Shown one piece after another: positions 1-9,341 of a stretch of DNA of 64,000 nucleotides. A program made the translations under genes and the position numbers. The notes under the pieces were generated by a model. That model was not told the DNA's origin and ran no database searches. It saw only the letters and a list, made by a program, of their open reading frames with translations. Source of the DNA: an uncultured Bacteroidales bacterium (GTDB lineage Bacteria; Bacteroidota; Bacteroidia; Bacteroidales; JAAAOM01); contig CAZZBU010000001.1 of assembly GCA_964652315.1 (NCBI GenBank), positions 84,870-148,869 on the forward strand, in the 5' to 3' direction. Each line of letters starts with the position of its first letter. Within the stretch, counting starts at the first letter, position 1.

Positions 1-846
1 TACTCTTTCGAGTTCATTTTTGTCAATGATGGAAGTACAGATAAAAGTGAATCAATTATCAAAAGCCTGGTTGAATCGAATACAAATGTTGTATATCTTG
101 GGTTTTCCCGGAATTATGGTCATGAAGCAGCAATGTTGGCCGGAATTGATCATACAAATGCAGATGCGGTAATTTGTATGGATGCAGATCTGCAACATCC
201 GCCCGATTTGATCCCCAAAATAATAAGTGAATATGAAAAAGGCTTTGATATTATTCGTATGATTAGGGAAAATCGCGAGGATGGCGGACTATATAAAAAA
301 GTAACTTCAGCTGTTTTTTATTCTTTACTCAATAAAATTTCTCCGATTAGGTTTGAAAAGAATGCAAGTGATTTTTTTCTGATTTCAAAGAAAATATGCA
401 ATATTTTGAAGGGTAATTTCAGAGAGCGAACAAGATTCATTCGTGGTATTCTTCAGTTTATAGGTTTTAAACAGACCACATTGTCATTTAATTCTCCCTC
501 AAGAAATTCCGGCAAAACAAAATATTCCTTTTATAAATTATTGGTGCTGTCTTTTGATGCCATTGTTTCCTTCTCCAAATTACCTTTACATTTGGGATTA
601 ATAATTGGGATATTGTTTGCATTATTTTCATTTGGAGTTGGCATTTATTCACTCATTATGAAGCTTACCGGTGAGACACCGGCAGGGTACACAACACTTG
701 TAGTTTTGATAAGCATGGGCTTTGCTATACAATTTTTTCTGATCGGGATTATTGGAGTTTACATTGGCTACAATTTTAATGAGAGTAAGCAACGGCCGAT
801 ATATATTATCGAAGAAATCCTGAAATCAGAAAATATGAAGTACTGA
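1..846 (+). CDS. Family-2 glycosyltransferase, GtrB/ArnC/DPM1-like polyprenyl-phosphate sugar transferase (5' end outside window)
   Basis: Frame 1 is open from base 1 (YSFEFIFVNDGSTDKSE...). MDADLQHPP DxD-type motif. Two C-terminal TM helices as in GtrB-like enzymes. Confidence 0.75.
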   Translation, partial: YSFEFIFVNDGSTDKSESIIKSLVESNTNVVYLGFSRNYGHEAAMLAGIDHTNADAVICMDADLQHPPDLIPKIISEYEKGFDIIRMIRENREDGGLYKKVTSAVFYSLLNKISPIRFEKNASDFFLISKKICNILKGNFRERTRFIRGILQFIGFKQTTLSFNSPSRNSGKTKYSFYKLLVLSFDAIVSFSKLPLHLGLIIGILFALFSFGVGIYSLIMKLTGETPAGYTTLVVLISMGFAIQFFLIGIIGVYIGYNFNESKQRPIYIIEEILKSENMKY

Positions 847-864
847 TTGGGTGCTTATTCCCTT

Positions 865-1992
865 TTATGGGGACATTAAAGCGTTATAAGTGTTCTCAAT
901 AAACCCATAAGGGTAGCGATCAAAGGTTGCTTCAGTGCCAAGTAATATAATAATGTCTTGTTCAAGTATTTTTTCCTTAATATTCATTTGTTTTACCGGC
1001 TTGTTTTCAGGGTATGCCTGTCTAAAGTAGTACCAAAAGCCACCTGTATCAAAACTATTTGTTGGTAACCCCATGTTATACAGTCCCCAATAGAAGCTAT
1101 CACCAATAACCAATACTTTAGGTTTTGTAGCCGTTGAATCAGGACTCCATCGGAATTTTGGATAAGCCATTTTTGGCGAAGGCAATTGATACAGCAGGTT
1201 TAAACTATGACCGATATCGTAATCCCCTTTTTTTATATCGCCGGTGATTTCAATATCTGTGATTTCTAAGTTTATCAAATTGGTATTTCTTAAATCTTCA
1301 ACATATCTGATTAGTGAATCAGCTACTTTAACCATTCCATAATAACTCCAGTGTATGCCGTATTTGGGATAAAGCATATACCTTGATGTATCTTTGGCAT
1401 TTACAAACCATAAATTAAAGTCGATGCATGGAATATTGTTTTCCATAGCCAGTTTCTTGAAATACTGTTGATTTGTAATTTTTGCCTTTTGGTTCTGGTA
1501 TTCCTCCGGAAAATATTCAGGATAAAACGATCCCTTACCTGCTGCCAGTCCAACGATAATATCAATGCCGTGTTTTTTCAGGGAATCGCGGATAACAGCA
1601 AGTTTATCAACTTTGATTTTGATGGAATCTTTGCCCAAAAAATCAGTGCCATTATAGGCTTTAATATAATTCATTTCGTACAGGTAGTTTTCTTTACCGA
1701 CTACCACCCCGGCTGCACTTACTTTTCCAAAAAGTGAATACTGAATTTGGTTGTGCAAGCGGATTAAAAAGGGCCGGAATCCGATATTATCTTTTGTTAC
1801 CTCGGTCAGGTTGTTTTGGTAATTGCCAGCGAGCCATTCACCCAGCGATAGCGTATCTTTTTGTGTACTTACAAAATAGCCTTTTAGGTTGTTAGGTTTA
1901 AATACTTTAAATTCTCCCTGTATTGCCGGTAACACCAAAACGATGATGATTACAGCAAACAGGATTTTATATGTGTTTTGTTTCCTTTCCAT
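865..1992 (-). CDS. SGNH/AlgJ/DltD-like periplasmic acyl-transfer accessory protein
   Basis: N-terminal signal anchor. VLVIGDSFYWG (GDS block) and YGIHWSYYG motifs. Lies 5 bp downstream of the MBOAT gene on the same strand. Confidence 0.6.
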   Translation of the reverse strand: MERKQNTYKILFAVIIIVLVLPAIQGEFKVFKPNNLKGYFVSTQKDTLSLGEWLAGNYQNNLTEVTKDNIGFRPFLIRLHNQIQYSLFGKVSAAGVVVGKENYLYEMNYIKAYNGTDFLGKDSIKIKVDKLAVIRDSLKKHGIDIIVGLAAGKGSFYPEYFPEEYQNQKAKITNQQYFKKLAMENNIPCIDFNLWFVNAKDTSRYMLYPKYGIHWSYYGMVKVADSLIRYVEDLRNTNLINLEITDIEITGDIKKGDYDIGHSLNLLYQLPSPKMAYPKFRWSPDSTATKPKVLVIGDSFYWGLYNMGLPTNSFDTGGFWYYFRQAYPENKPVKQMNIKEKILEQDIIILLGTEATFDRYPYGFIENTYNALMSP

Positions 1993-1997
1993 TTATA

Positions 1998-3425
1998 CTA
2001 AAATCTGAAATATATAAAGGGATTAAAGCCTGATGATACTATATAGCTGGCTGACAGCGTTAACAGGATGACAGACATAAGTATATTCGATAAGAGTTGT
2101 CCGCTTTTATAATCTGACTTATAATAGAAATAATGTTCGGCTTTTTCCCCTAATTTAAAAAGGGTTATAAAAGAAAATATAACAGCAATGCCCAGGCTGA
2201 ATAAAAATTCGTTCTTGTTTGTTAGATTAAAGCTGTTGCCCGAAAATGAAAACATTTGTTTAATATAGGTTACCGCACTGCGTAATTCCTCCACTCTGAA
2301 AAAAACCCACCCCACAAGTGTTACAAAAAATGTAAAAGCGATGCTGATAGATTTACCGCTTTTATCGAGTATTTTTAATAAAAACAATCGGTCAAGAATG
2401 AGAAATAATCCATGAAAAGCACCCCAGATGATGAAATTCCAGGATGCCCCATGCCACAATCCACTAATCAGAAATACAATCCACAGATTAAGATATAACT
2501 TAGCCGGTGTTACCCGGTTACCTCCAAGCGGTATGTATAGGTAATCTTTCATCCACCTGCCGAGTGTAATGTGCCATCTGCGCCAGAATTCGGTGATGCT
2601 GCGCGAACGGTAAGGATTATTAAAGTTTTCAGGAAAAGTAAACCCAATCATCCGGCCAATGCCAATGGCCATATCCGAATATCCGCTGAAATCAAAATAT
2701 ATCTGCATGGCATAGCCAAGTGAAGCCATCCAGGCAGCCAAGGTGGATATCTCATCGGGTGGTATGGAATATAAGGCATCTACACCCTCACCAACACTGT
2801 TGGCAATGAGGGCTTTTTTTGCCAGCCCGATGCAAAACCGTTGAAACCCGAGAATTCTGTTTAGCAGCGTTTCATTGTTTTTCCTGTTTATTATCTGATC
2901 CGCAATGGAGTTAAACCGAATGATGGGACCGGCGATTAATTGTGGAAACATCAGAATATACACTAGATAATCCGATAGTTTATGAAGGGGCTTATGAATA
3001 TTCCGGTATACATCCACAGAATACGTGATGGATTGAAATGTGAAAAATGAAATACCAACCGGCAGGGCCACATTTGTCCAATGTATTTTATTGGCACCAG
3101 ATATTTCAAGAATGCTGTTCAAATTATCTATAAAAAAATTGAAATATTTAAAATATGCAAGAATCCCTACATTGATGAAAAGTGAAAATATGAGCAGTAT
3201 TTTTTTTGATTTTCTTTGATTTGTCCGGTGCATGGCATCAACCAAATAATAGTTTGCTGTCATTGAAGCAAGGACGAGAAAAATAAATTTAGGCGCACCC
3301 CAGGCGTAAAACAACACGCTAAATATCAAAACGATAACATTTTTTATTTTTTCCGGGCTTAGATAATATAGAATCAGAAAGAGCGGTAAAAAATAGAAAA
3401 GAAATATAACACTGCTAAATACCAT
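1998..3425 (-). CDS. MBOAT-family membrane O-acyltransferase (AlgI/DltB/PatA-like)
   Basis: Polytopic protein. WRRWHITLGRWMKDYLYIPLGGNR and GLWHGASWNFIIWG motifs, including the conserved His. Confidence 0.85.
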   Translation of the reverse strand: MVFSSVIFLFYFLPLFLILYYLSPEKIKNVIVLIFSVLFYAWGAPKFIFLVLASMTANYYLVDAMHRTNQRKSKKILLIFSLFINVGILAYFKYFNFFIDNLNSILEISGANKIHWTNVALPVGISFFTFQSITYSVDVYRNIHKPLHKLSDYLVYILMFPQLIAGPIIRFNSIADQIINRKNNETLLNRILGFQRFCIGLAKKALIANSVGEGVDALYSIPPDEISTLAAWMASLGYAMQIYFDFSGYSDMAIGIGRMIGFTFPENFNNPYRSRSITEFWRRWHITLGRWMKDYLYIPLGGNRVTPAKLYLNLWIVFLISGLWHGASWNFIIWGAFHGLFLILDRLFLLKILDKSGKSISIAFTFFVTLVGWVFFRVEELRSAVTYIKQMFSFSGNSFNLTNKNEFLFSLGIAVIFSFITLFKLGEKAEHYFYYKSDYKSGQLLSNILMSVILLTLSASYIVSSGFNPFIYFRF

Positions 3426-3578
3426 TTAATACACCTTAGTTATTTAAAAACAGCACAAATTAAATAATTATATTATTAAGTAAGGATATCCAGGTATTAT
3501 TCTTTAATGAGCGGAGCAGGCTAGCTTTATGGAATATGGTTTTTAAAAATGAATGCAACCAAATCAGTAAAATATTTA

Positions 3579-3586
3579 TAGTTTTG
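3579..3586 (+). promoter_or_regulatory. Bacteroidota -7 promoter box (TAGTTTTG, consensus TAnnTTTG)
   Basis: Exact consensus match 24 bp upstream of the ATG at 3610, in a divergent intergenic region. Confidence 0.4.
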
Positions 3587-3609
3587 TTCCACTAATTAGA
3601 ATTTACATA

Positions 3610-4509
3610 ATGGATGGGTTAAGCATTCTAATACCTGTATACAACGAAAAAGGATCCATAGAATCCACATTGGATAACATTTCCAGTGTGATGGAGTCTT
3701 CATCTATCAATTTTGAGATCATTGTCATTAACGATGGTTCTACCGACGGAACAACAGAACTGTTAAATGGAAGAAGAGATTCGGCTGATGTTAGAGTGAT
3801 TACACATTCAGTTAATAAAGGATATGGTGCTTCATTGAAGACAGGGGTAAAACATTCAAAATATACCAGCATTGCTATTACAGATGCAGATGGTACATAT
3901 CCAAATCATAAAATACCAGAGTTATATCATGAGCTGGGAACATACGACATGGTGATTGGGGCACGGGCGTTTAAGAGTTTACCTCGGAAGACCAAACCGG
4001 CAAAATGGATGATATTAAAACTGGCAAATTATATTGCAAAGGAGGATATACCGGATATCAATTCTGGGTTACGTTTGTTTCGAAAAAACTCTTTCATTCC
4101 ATTTTTACCTATTATTCCTGATGGTTTCTCCCTTACAACTACAATTACGCTAGGAATGTTGACTGGTGGTTTTGATGTAGCTTTCGTGCCAATTGAATAT
4201 TATTGCCGTGAAGGAAAATCAAAGATACAACCGATTCGCGATACTTTGCGTTTTTTGAAATTGATACTCAAAATAGGGCTTTATATTGCTCCCTTAAAGA
4301 TTTTTGTGCCCTTCGGGATTTTTGTGTTCCTATTAGGAATGTTTTGGGCGGTATTCTCATATCTTGTCCTGGGTAGATTTGCAGATACCAGTACAATTGT
4401 GATTATTATGACGTCACTTCAAATCATGCTTTTGGCATTGATTGCCGAATTAATAAACCACCGGACACAAAACTATTATAAGAAAACAGTGGATTCTTAT
4501 TCTGAATAA
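3610..4509 (+). CDS. Family-2 glycosyltransferase, polyprenyl-phosphate sugar transferase-like
   Basis: LSILIPVYNE start, VINDGSTDGT and TDADGTYP motifs. Two C-terminal TM helices. Confidence 0.8.
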   Translation: MDGLSILIPVYNEKGSIESTLDNISSVMESSSINFEIIVINDGSTDGTTELLNGRRDSADVRVITHSVNKGYGASLKTGVKHSKYTSIAITDADGTYPNHKIPELYHELGTYDMVIGARAFKSLPRKTKPAKWMILKLANYIAKEDIPDINSGLRLFRKNSFIPFLPIIPDGFSLTTTITLGMLTGGFDVAFVPIEYYCREGKSKIQPIRDTLRFLKLILKIGLYIAPLKIFVPFGIFVFLLGMFWAVFSYLVLGRFADTSTIVIIMTSLQIMLLALIAELINHRTQNYYKKTVDSYSE

Positions 4510-4513
4510 AGAT

Positions 4514-5851
4514 ATGAGTTTGCAAGGCGAAAAGCTTATTAAATCAGTAGTTAATCAGGGATTATGTACACATTGTGGAACGTGTATAGCTTTAGCCCAG
4601 GGCAAGCTTGGGATTGCATCAGATGATGAAGGGATAATTCCCAAAATAGAGGGCGATGGAATAATTGAAAATATTGTCTACGATGCTTGCCCGGGTAAAG
4701 GCTTGAATTATCCGGAACTTTTTTTACAGGTTCAGAAGAGCCTTCCTGATAATTTTATGATTGGCCCCTATCTGGAAGGATATATCGCCTATTCCAATGA
4801 TGAAAGCATTCGAAGACAGGGGGCTTCAGCCGGAATCCTTTCACATGTGTTGATTCATCTCTTAGAATCAGGAAAAATACAGGGTGCAATTGTTTGTAAA
4901 ATGGACGAAGAAAAGCCCTGGAACCCTAAAGTATATATTGCAGGTACAAAAGCAGAAATCCTTGAATCTGCTCAGAGTATCTATCAACCGGTGCCGGTTA
5001 ACCTGATTCTTAAAGATACTGCAAAGCACAAAGGTACACTGGCAATGGTCGGTTTGCCGGATCAGCTAGCTTCAATTAGATATTTACAAAAGAAGGAACA
5101 TCCATCAGTAAAAAATATCGCTTATTTAATCGGACCTTATGTGGGTATAAACATGACAGTTAGGGCTGTGCATAGTTTTATACGGTCAAATGGAGTGAAA
5201 AACCTTGACGCCATTAAATCTCTGGATTATCGGGCAGGCGAATGGCCCGGATATCTTAAAATCGTCACAAAAGACCATCGTGTGTTTAAAGCAGAAAAGT
5301 TCTATTATAATTATCTTCTACCTTTTTATGCAACAAGGCATTCCTTGTTATCAGTCGATTTTTCCAACGAACTTGCGGATATTTCGGTAGGTGACGCCTG
5401 GCATCCTGCCTTTGAAAAAGAACGGAAAGGTTTTTCTGTTGTAGTGATTCGTTCCAGTAAAGGCAGGGAGATATTTGATCAATTAAAAACTGATGCATCC
5501 ATAAATGCAGAAAAGCTGGAACCGGCAGATGTGCTCGACATGCACGGACACATGTTCGACTTCAAGAAGCGAGGGGCTTTTATCCGTATAAAATTTAGAA
5601 AGCTGTTCTTTCGGCATTGTCCTGATTACGGATATGTGCCTGAAAAGATAAGTGTTTCAAGGTATTTTGTTGAAATTTTCATTTGGGGTGTATTTCTGCT
5701 CTGTCAGAACAGAATGGCCCGTACACTGGTAAGATATATTCCTGTGAATGTTATCGGTTATGTATTTAATAAAATACGTATAGGTTGGAAATCTGTCTCT
5801 AAACCAACGAAAAGAAAAGGGATTAAAGATCAAGTGTTTCGACTAACATAA
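4514..5851 (+). CDS. Coenzyme F420 hydrogenase/dehydrogenase beta subunit-like (FrhB/FdhB family) protein
   Basis: N-terminal CTHCGTC cysteine motif. QGASAGILSHVLIHLLESGKIQGAIV and SIYQPVP N-domain signature. MVGLPDQLASIRYL C-domain signature. Confidence 0.6.
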   Translation: MSLQGEKLIKSVVNQGLCTHCGTCIALAQGKLGIASDDEGIIPKIEGDGIIENIVYDACPGKGLNYPELFLQVQKSLPDNFMIGPYLEGYIAYSNDESIRRQGASAGILSHVLIHLLESGKIQGAIVCKMDEEKPWNPKVYIAGTKAEILESAQSIYQPVPVNLILKDTAKHKGTLAMVGLPDQLASIRYLQKKEHPSVKNIAYLIGPYVGINMTVRAVHSFIRSNGVKNLDAIKSLDYRAGEWPGYLKIVTKDHRVFKAEKFYYNYLLPFYATRHSLLSVDFSNELADISVGDAWHPAFEKERKGFSVVVIRSSKGREIFDQLKTDASINAEKLEPADVLDMHGHMFDFKKRGAFIRIKFRKLFFRHCPDYGYVPEKISVSRYFVEIFIWGVFLLCQNRMARTLVRYIPVNVIGYVFNKIRIGWKSVSKPTKRKGIKDQVFRLT

Positions 5852-6714
5852 TGGGCATGCATACTAAACCAGGTAAACAATACTATTTTACATTGAAAGG
5901 AGTTTTTAAGCGTCTCAGAGAAGAATATCATTATTATACCAAACGTCCCTGGTCCCTGAGCGAAGTGGGAGCATTCTGGGACACCGTGGAAGATTACGAC
6001 GAGGTAAATGAGCAGCTATATACGTATTATCGTCGATTCACCAATTCATATCAGCTTATTCGTCCATATCTGAGGAAAGACAAATACAATTATCTTGATA
6101 TTCAGGCACGAAGTGGAAAGGGAAGTCTTTTTTGGCATCAGAAGGGAAAATTGGAAAAAGCAGTTTGCGTTGATTTTTCAGAATATCTGGCCTCATTGGC
6201 GGATCATCGACTGCAGCACACAGGTCTCTCATACCAGTCTTTATTAGTGACAGATTTACCCCTGCCATTTGAGGATAAGTCTTTCGATTTTGTTGGATTT
6301 TACGAAACAATCGAACATGTGTATGATTATAAATCTTTTACAAAGGAGTTGTCCCGTGTATTGGCTGATGACGGATTAATGATTTTAACTTGTCCTAATG
6401 TCCTTTGGGAATGGGTTCATTGGCTTACTGCCATCATTAATATTAATCACAGTGAAGGACCGCATCGGTTTTTAAGAAGGAGGGTATTGTTAAAAACGAT
6501 AAAACTTGCGAACCTGAAGGTATTAAAGGAGAATAGTACCATCTTGTTACCCTTTAATAATAAAATTTCCATTGCAATAAATGAAAAGCTTGAAAAAATG
6601 CTTCCGGAATGGATTAAGCGTCAGTTTGCACTCAGACGGACATTCATATTAACGAAGCCTTTAAATTATGAAAACATGGTTAAGGCAAATGACAAATCCG
6701 TTGAAACCTCCTGA
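5851..6714 (+). CDS. Class I SAM-dependent methyltransferase
   Basis: Rossmann-type LDIQARSGKGS motif, then FDFVGFYETIEHV and DGLMILTCPN (Methyltransf_11/23-like). Confidence 0.6.
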   Translation: MGMHTKPGKQYYFTLKGVFKRLREEYHYYTKRPWSLSEVGAFWDTVEDYDEVNEQLYTYYRRFTNSYQLIRPYLRKDKYNYLDIQARSGKGSLFWHQKGKLEKAVCVDFSEYLASLADHRLQHTGLSYQSLLVTDLPLPFEDKSFDFVGFYETIEHVYDYKSFTKELSRVLADDGLMILTCPNVLWEWVHWLTAIININHSEGPHRFLRRRVLLKTIKLANLKVLKENSTILLPFNNKISIAINEKLEKMLPEWIKRQFALRRTFILTKPLNYENMVKANDKSVETS

Positions 6715-6820
6715 GATTTTTCATACATTGGTTCAAGCAAGTGATGAAGTGGTATAAACGTTAAATAAACTGGAACTAAATCTATAAATAGTATTTTCAT
6801 TAATCAGATAAAAGTCAGGA

Positions 6821-7786
6821 GTGAAAAGAAAGTATTTGCTATATCTTATCGGAGTATCAATCTTTATAATAATATTATTTAAGATTGATTTAAAGGAGCT
6901 TTGGCAGCAAATACAATCCCTGCAGTTTGTACATTTGGTTGTAGCAGTTTTTTTACTAATTCCAATTTATTTTTTTAAGTCTCTTCGTTGGAAAACAATT
7001 TTAAATGGGTTTAATATTCCCTACCCACTAACGCAATCCATACTTACATTTACAAGCGCAAATTTCATTGCTTTTATTACCCCCGGGCGCATTGGAGAAG
7101 TGGCAAAGGCATTTTATGTGTCTGAAGATACAGGTGCTTCATTTGTAAAGGCCTTTTCAGGAATTATTGTCGACCGTGTTTTTGATATCCTGGCTTTGTT
7201 GGTTTTTAGTCTTATTGGTTCGCTGGTTTTTTTGGAGTTATATCAGTTTCCATTCTATTTTTACCTGGCAGTATTTGTTGTTATTTTGTTATCTGTAAGT
7301 GTTATACATGTTAATGTTGTGCAATTTTTTGATCAGTACTTGTTGAAGTTTTCCTGGTATAAGAAATACCTTTACCGGTATGTTTTTGTTTACATTTCTG
7401 CGGTTAAGTTGCTTAGTTTTAAAAACATGTTTCTCTCCGGGATATTAACTCTTTTGGCATATATTGTTCTTTTTTTATTAGCCAGCCAGCTTGGATACAG
7501 CCTGGGATTTACTTTTAATTTTAAACACTACATATTATTTATTTCCATTACTAATATTTTATCTTTTCTGCCAATTTCCATTGCGGGATTAGGCACAAGG
7601 GAAGCAGCTATGATTTTTTTATTTAGCTTGTTTGGTCTTCAACCTCAAAGTGCTGTTGCTTTTTCTATGTTAATATTTGCTGTATTTTATATTTTTGGTG
7701 GATTATTGGGCCTTGTTTGCTTCATTATGAAACCAGTGTCATTTCAAAAGCTTAAGTATAAACAATCTAAATCTAATGAAACTTAA
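6821..7786 (+). CDS. UPF0104 / lysylphosphatidylglycerol-synthase-TM-region-like flippase-like membrane protein
   Basis: About 8 TM helices. PGRIGEVAKA and LPISIAGLGTREAA motifs typical of the family. GTG start. Confidence 0.55.
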   Translation: MKRKYLLYLIGVSIFIIILFKIDLKELWQQIQSLQFVHLVVAVFLLIPIYFFKSLRWKTILNGFNIPYPLTQSILTFTSANFIAFITPGRIGEVAKAFYVSEDTGASFVKAFSGIIVDRVFDILALLVFSLIGSLVFLELYQFPFYFYLAVFVVILLSVSVIHVNVVQFFDQYLLKFSWYKKYLYRYVFVYISAVKLLSFKNMFLSGILTLLAYIVLFLLASQLGYSLGFTFNFKHYILFISITNILSFLPISIAGLGTREAAMIFLFSLFGLQPQSAVAFSMLIFAVFYIFGGLLGLVCFIMKPVSFQKLKYKQSKSNET

Positions 7787-9173
7787 ATTTAACTTCAGCC
7801 TTTCTAAGCTAGCAATTATAATTGTTGCGGCATTCGTCTTATTTGTACATTTTCACAGGCAGATTTATAAAGCTGAAAACCGCGTTATTTCCTGGGATGT
7901 AATATCGTATTATGCTTATCTGCCGGCTATATTTATCTACGATGACATTACCCTGAGTTTTGTAGGCGAGTACGATGGCCCGCATGATTTCATTATCTGG
8001 TATGATAAAACCGAAGAAGGCAAACGATTTTTAAGATATACCATGGGTATGGCTATCATGTATTCCCCATTCTTTGGTTTGGGACATCTTTCTGCTCATA
8101 TCCTGGAGTATGATACAGGTGGATATTCAACTCCTTATAAATTTTTTCTTCAACTGGGTGCAATAGTGTATTTTATTTTGGGTTTAATCCTACTGCGTAA
8201 AATTCTCTTGAGATATTTCAGTGAACTGGTCACTTTTATTACACTTTTGGCTGTTTCTCTAGGCACAAACGTTCTCTTTTATGCCACTTTGGAAAACACC
8301 ATGCCCCACATTCATAACTTTTTCCTCATCACCCTCTTTTTATGGTTTGCCTTAAAGTGGCATGACCATCCATCTTGGAAGAATAGTTTTTTCATTGGTG
8401 TTGTTACTGGGTTAATAACTCTGGTAAGACCATTTGACGCAATTATTGTGTTGTTTTTTATTTTTTTCAATGTCTATAACTTTAAAACATTGGGCAATAA
8501 GATATCATTCTTTTTAAGCAAATGGCCCTACATTCTGCTAATAGTAGTTACGGGTATTTTGGTTCTTTTTCCTCAGTTTTTATACTGGAAGAAAGCAACC
8601 GGACATTGGTTTTATTATACTTATGGAGTATCAGGTGGGAGTTTTTATTTTGATAACCCACAAATTATAAACGGATTGTTTAGTTTCCGTAAAGGCTGGC
8701 TAATCTACACGCCGGTTATGATTTTTGCTTTATCAGGCATGTTTTTTATAAGGAAACAAATGAAAACTTACTTTTTCTCTGTGGTTGTTTTTTTTGTTAT
8801 CCTGCTTTATTTTCTTTTCTCATGGTGGAGCTGGTGGTATGGAGGTGGCCTCAGTATACGATCACTTGTGGAATTCTATCCTGTATTTAGCATTCCATTA
8901 GCGCTAGCCATAAAAAATGTATTGACATTAAAAAAATATGCAGTGAAGATGGCTATTGGCCTTGTGTTTCTTTTTTTCTGCTTTTTAGGGTTTTTCTATA
9001 ATTTACAATATGATAAAGGGATCTTACATTACGATTCAATGACAAAGGAGGCTTATAAGGCAATTTTTTTAAAACTGAAATACCCACCTGATTACAGGGA
9101 ATTATTATGTAAACCTGATTATGAAAAAGCCAGACAGGGTATTTATATTTGTCGGCCTTTGGATAAAAAATAG
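7776..9173 (+). CDS. Polytopic membrane protein, GT-C-fold (ArnT/PMT_2-like) glycosyltransferase candidate
   Basis: 465 aa with more than 10 TM helices and the overall ArnT/PMT-like layout. Overlaps the preceding gene by 11 nt. No strict motif was verified. Confidence 0.5.
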   Translation: MKLKFNFSLSKLAIIIVAAFVLFVHFHRQIYKAENRVISWDVISYYAYLPAIFIYDDITLSFVGEYDGPHDFIIWYDKTEEGKRFLRYTMGMAIMYSPFFGLGHLSAHILEYDTGGYSTPYKFFLQLGAIVYFILGLILLRKILLRYFSELVTFITLLAVSLGTNVLFYATLENTMPHIHNFFLITLFLWFALKWHDHPSWKNSFFIGVVTGLITLVRPFDAIIVLFFIFFNVYNFKTLGNKISFFLSKWPYILLIVVTGILVLFPQFLYWKKATGHWFYYTYGVSGGSFYFDNPQIINGLFSFRKGWLIYTPVMIFALSGMFFIRKQMKTYFFSVVVFFVILLYFLFSWWSWWYGGGLSIRSLVEFYPVFSIPLALAIKNVLTLKKYAVKMAIGLVFLFFCFLGFFYNLQYDKGILHYDSMTKEAYKAIFLKLKYPPDYRELLCKPDYEKARQGIYICRPLDKK

Positions 9174-9274
9174 GAGGGCATTTTTTGGATAAATCCGGAT
9201 AAAAAATAAATGATTATCATGGATATATCCTCCCAATTTCTTCCCCATCCTTTACCGTAATATAAAAAAATTGT

Positions 9275-9282
9275 TACTTTTG
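9275..9282 (+). promoter_or_regulatory. Bacteroidota -7 promoter box (TACTTTTG)
   Basis: Exact TAnnTTTG match 60 bp upstream of the EF-G paralogue ATG. Confidence 0.45.
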
Positions 9283-9341
9283 CAACTCTTCGGTATATTG
9301 GTGCCGGAAGGGTTTAAGTCTAATAACTAATAATAAGCAAC

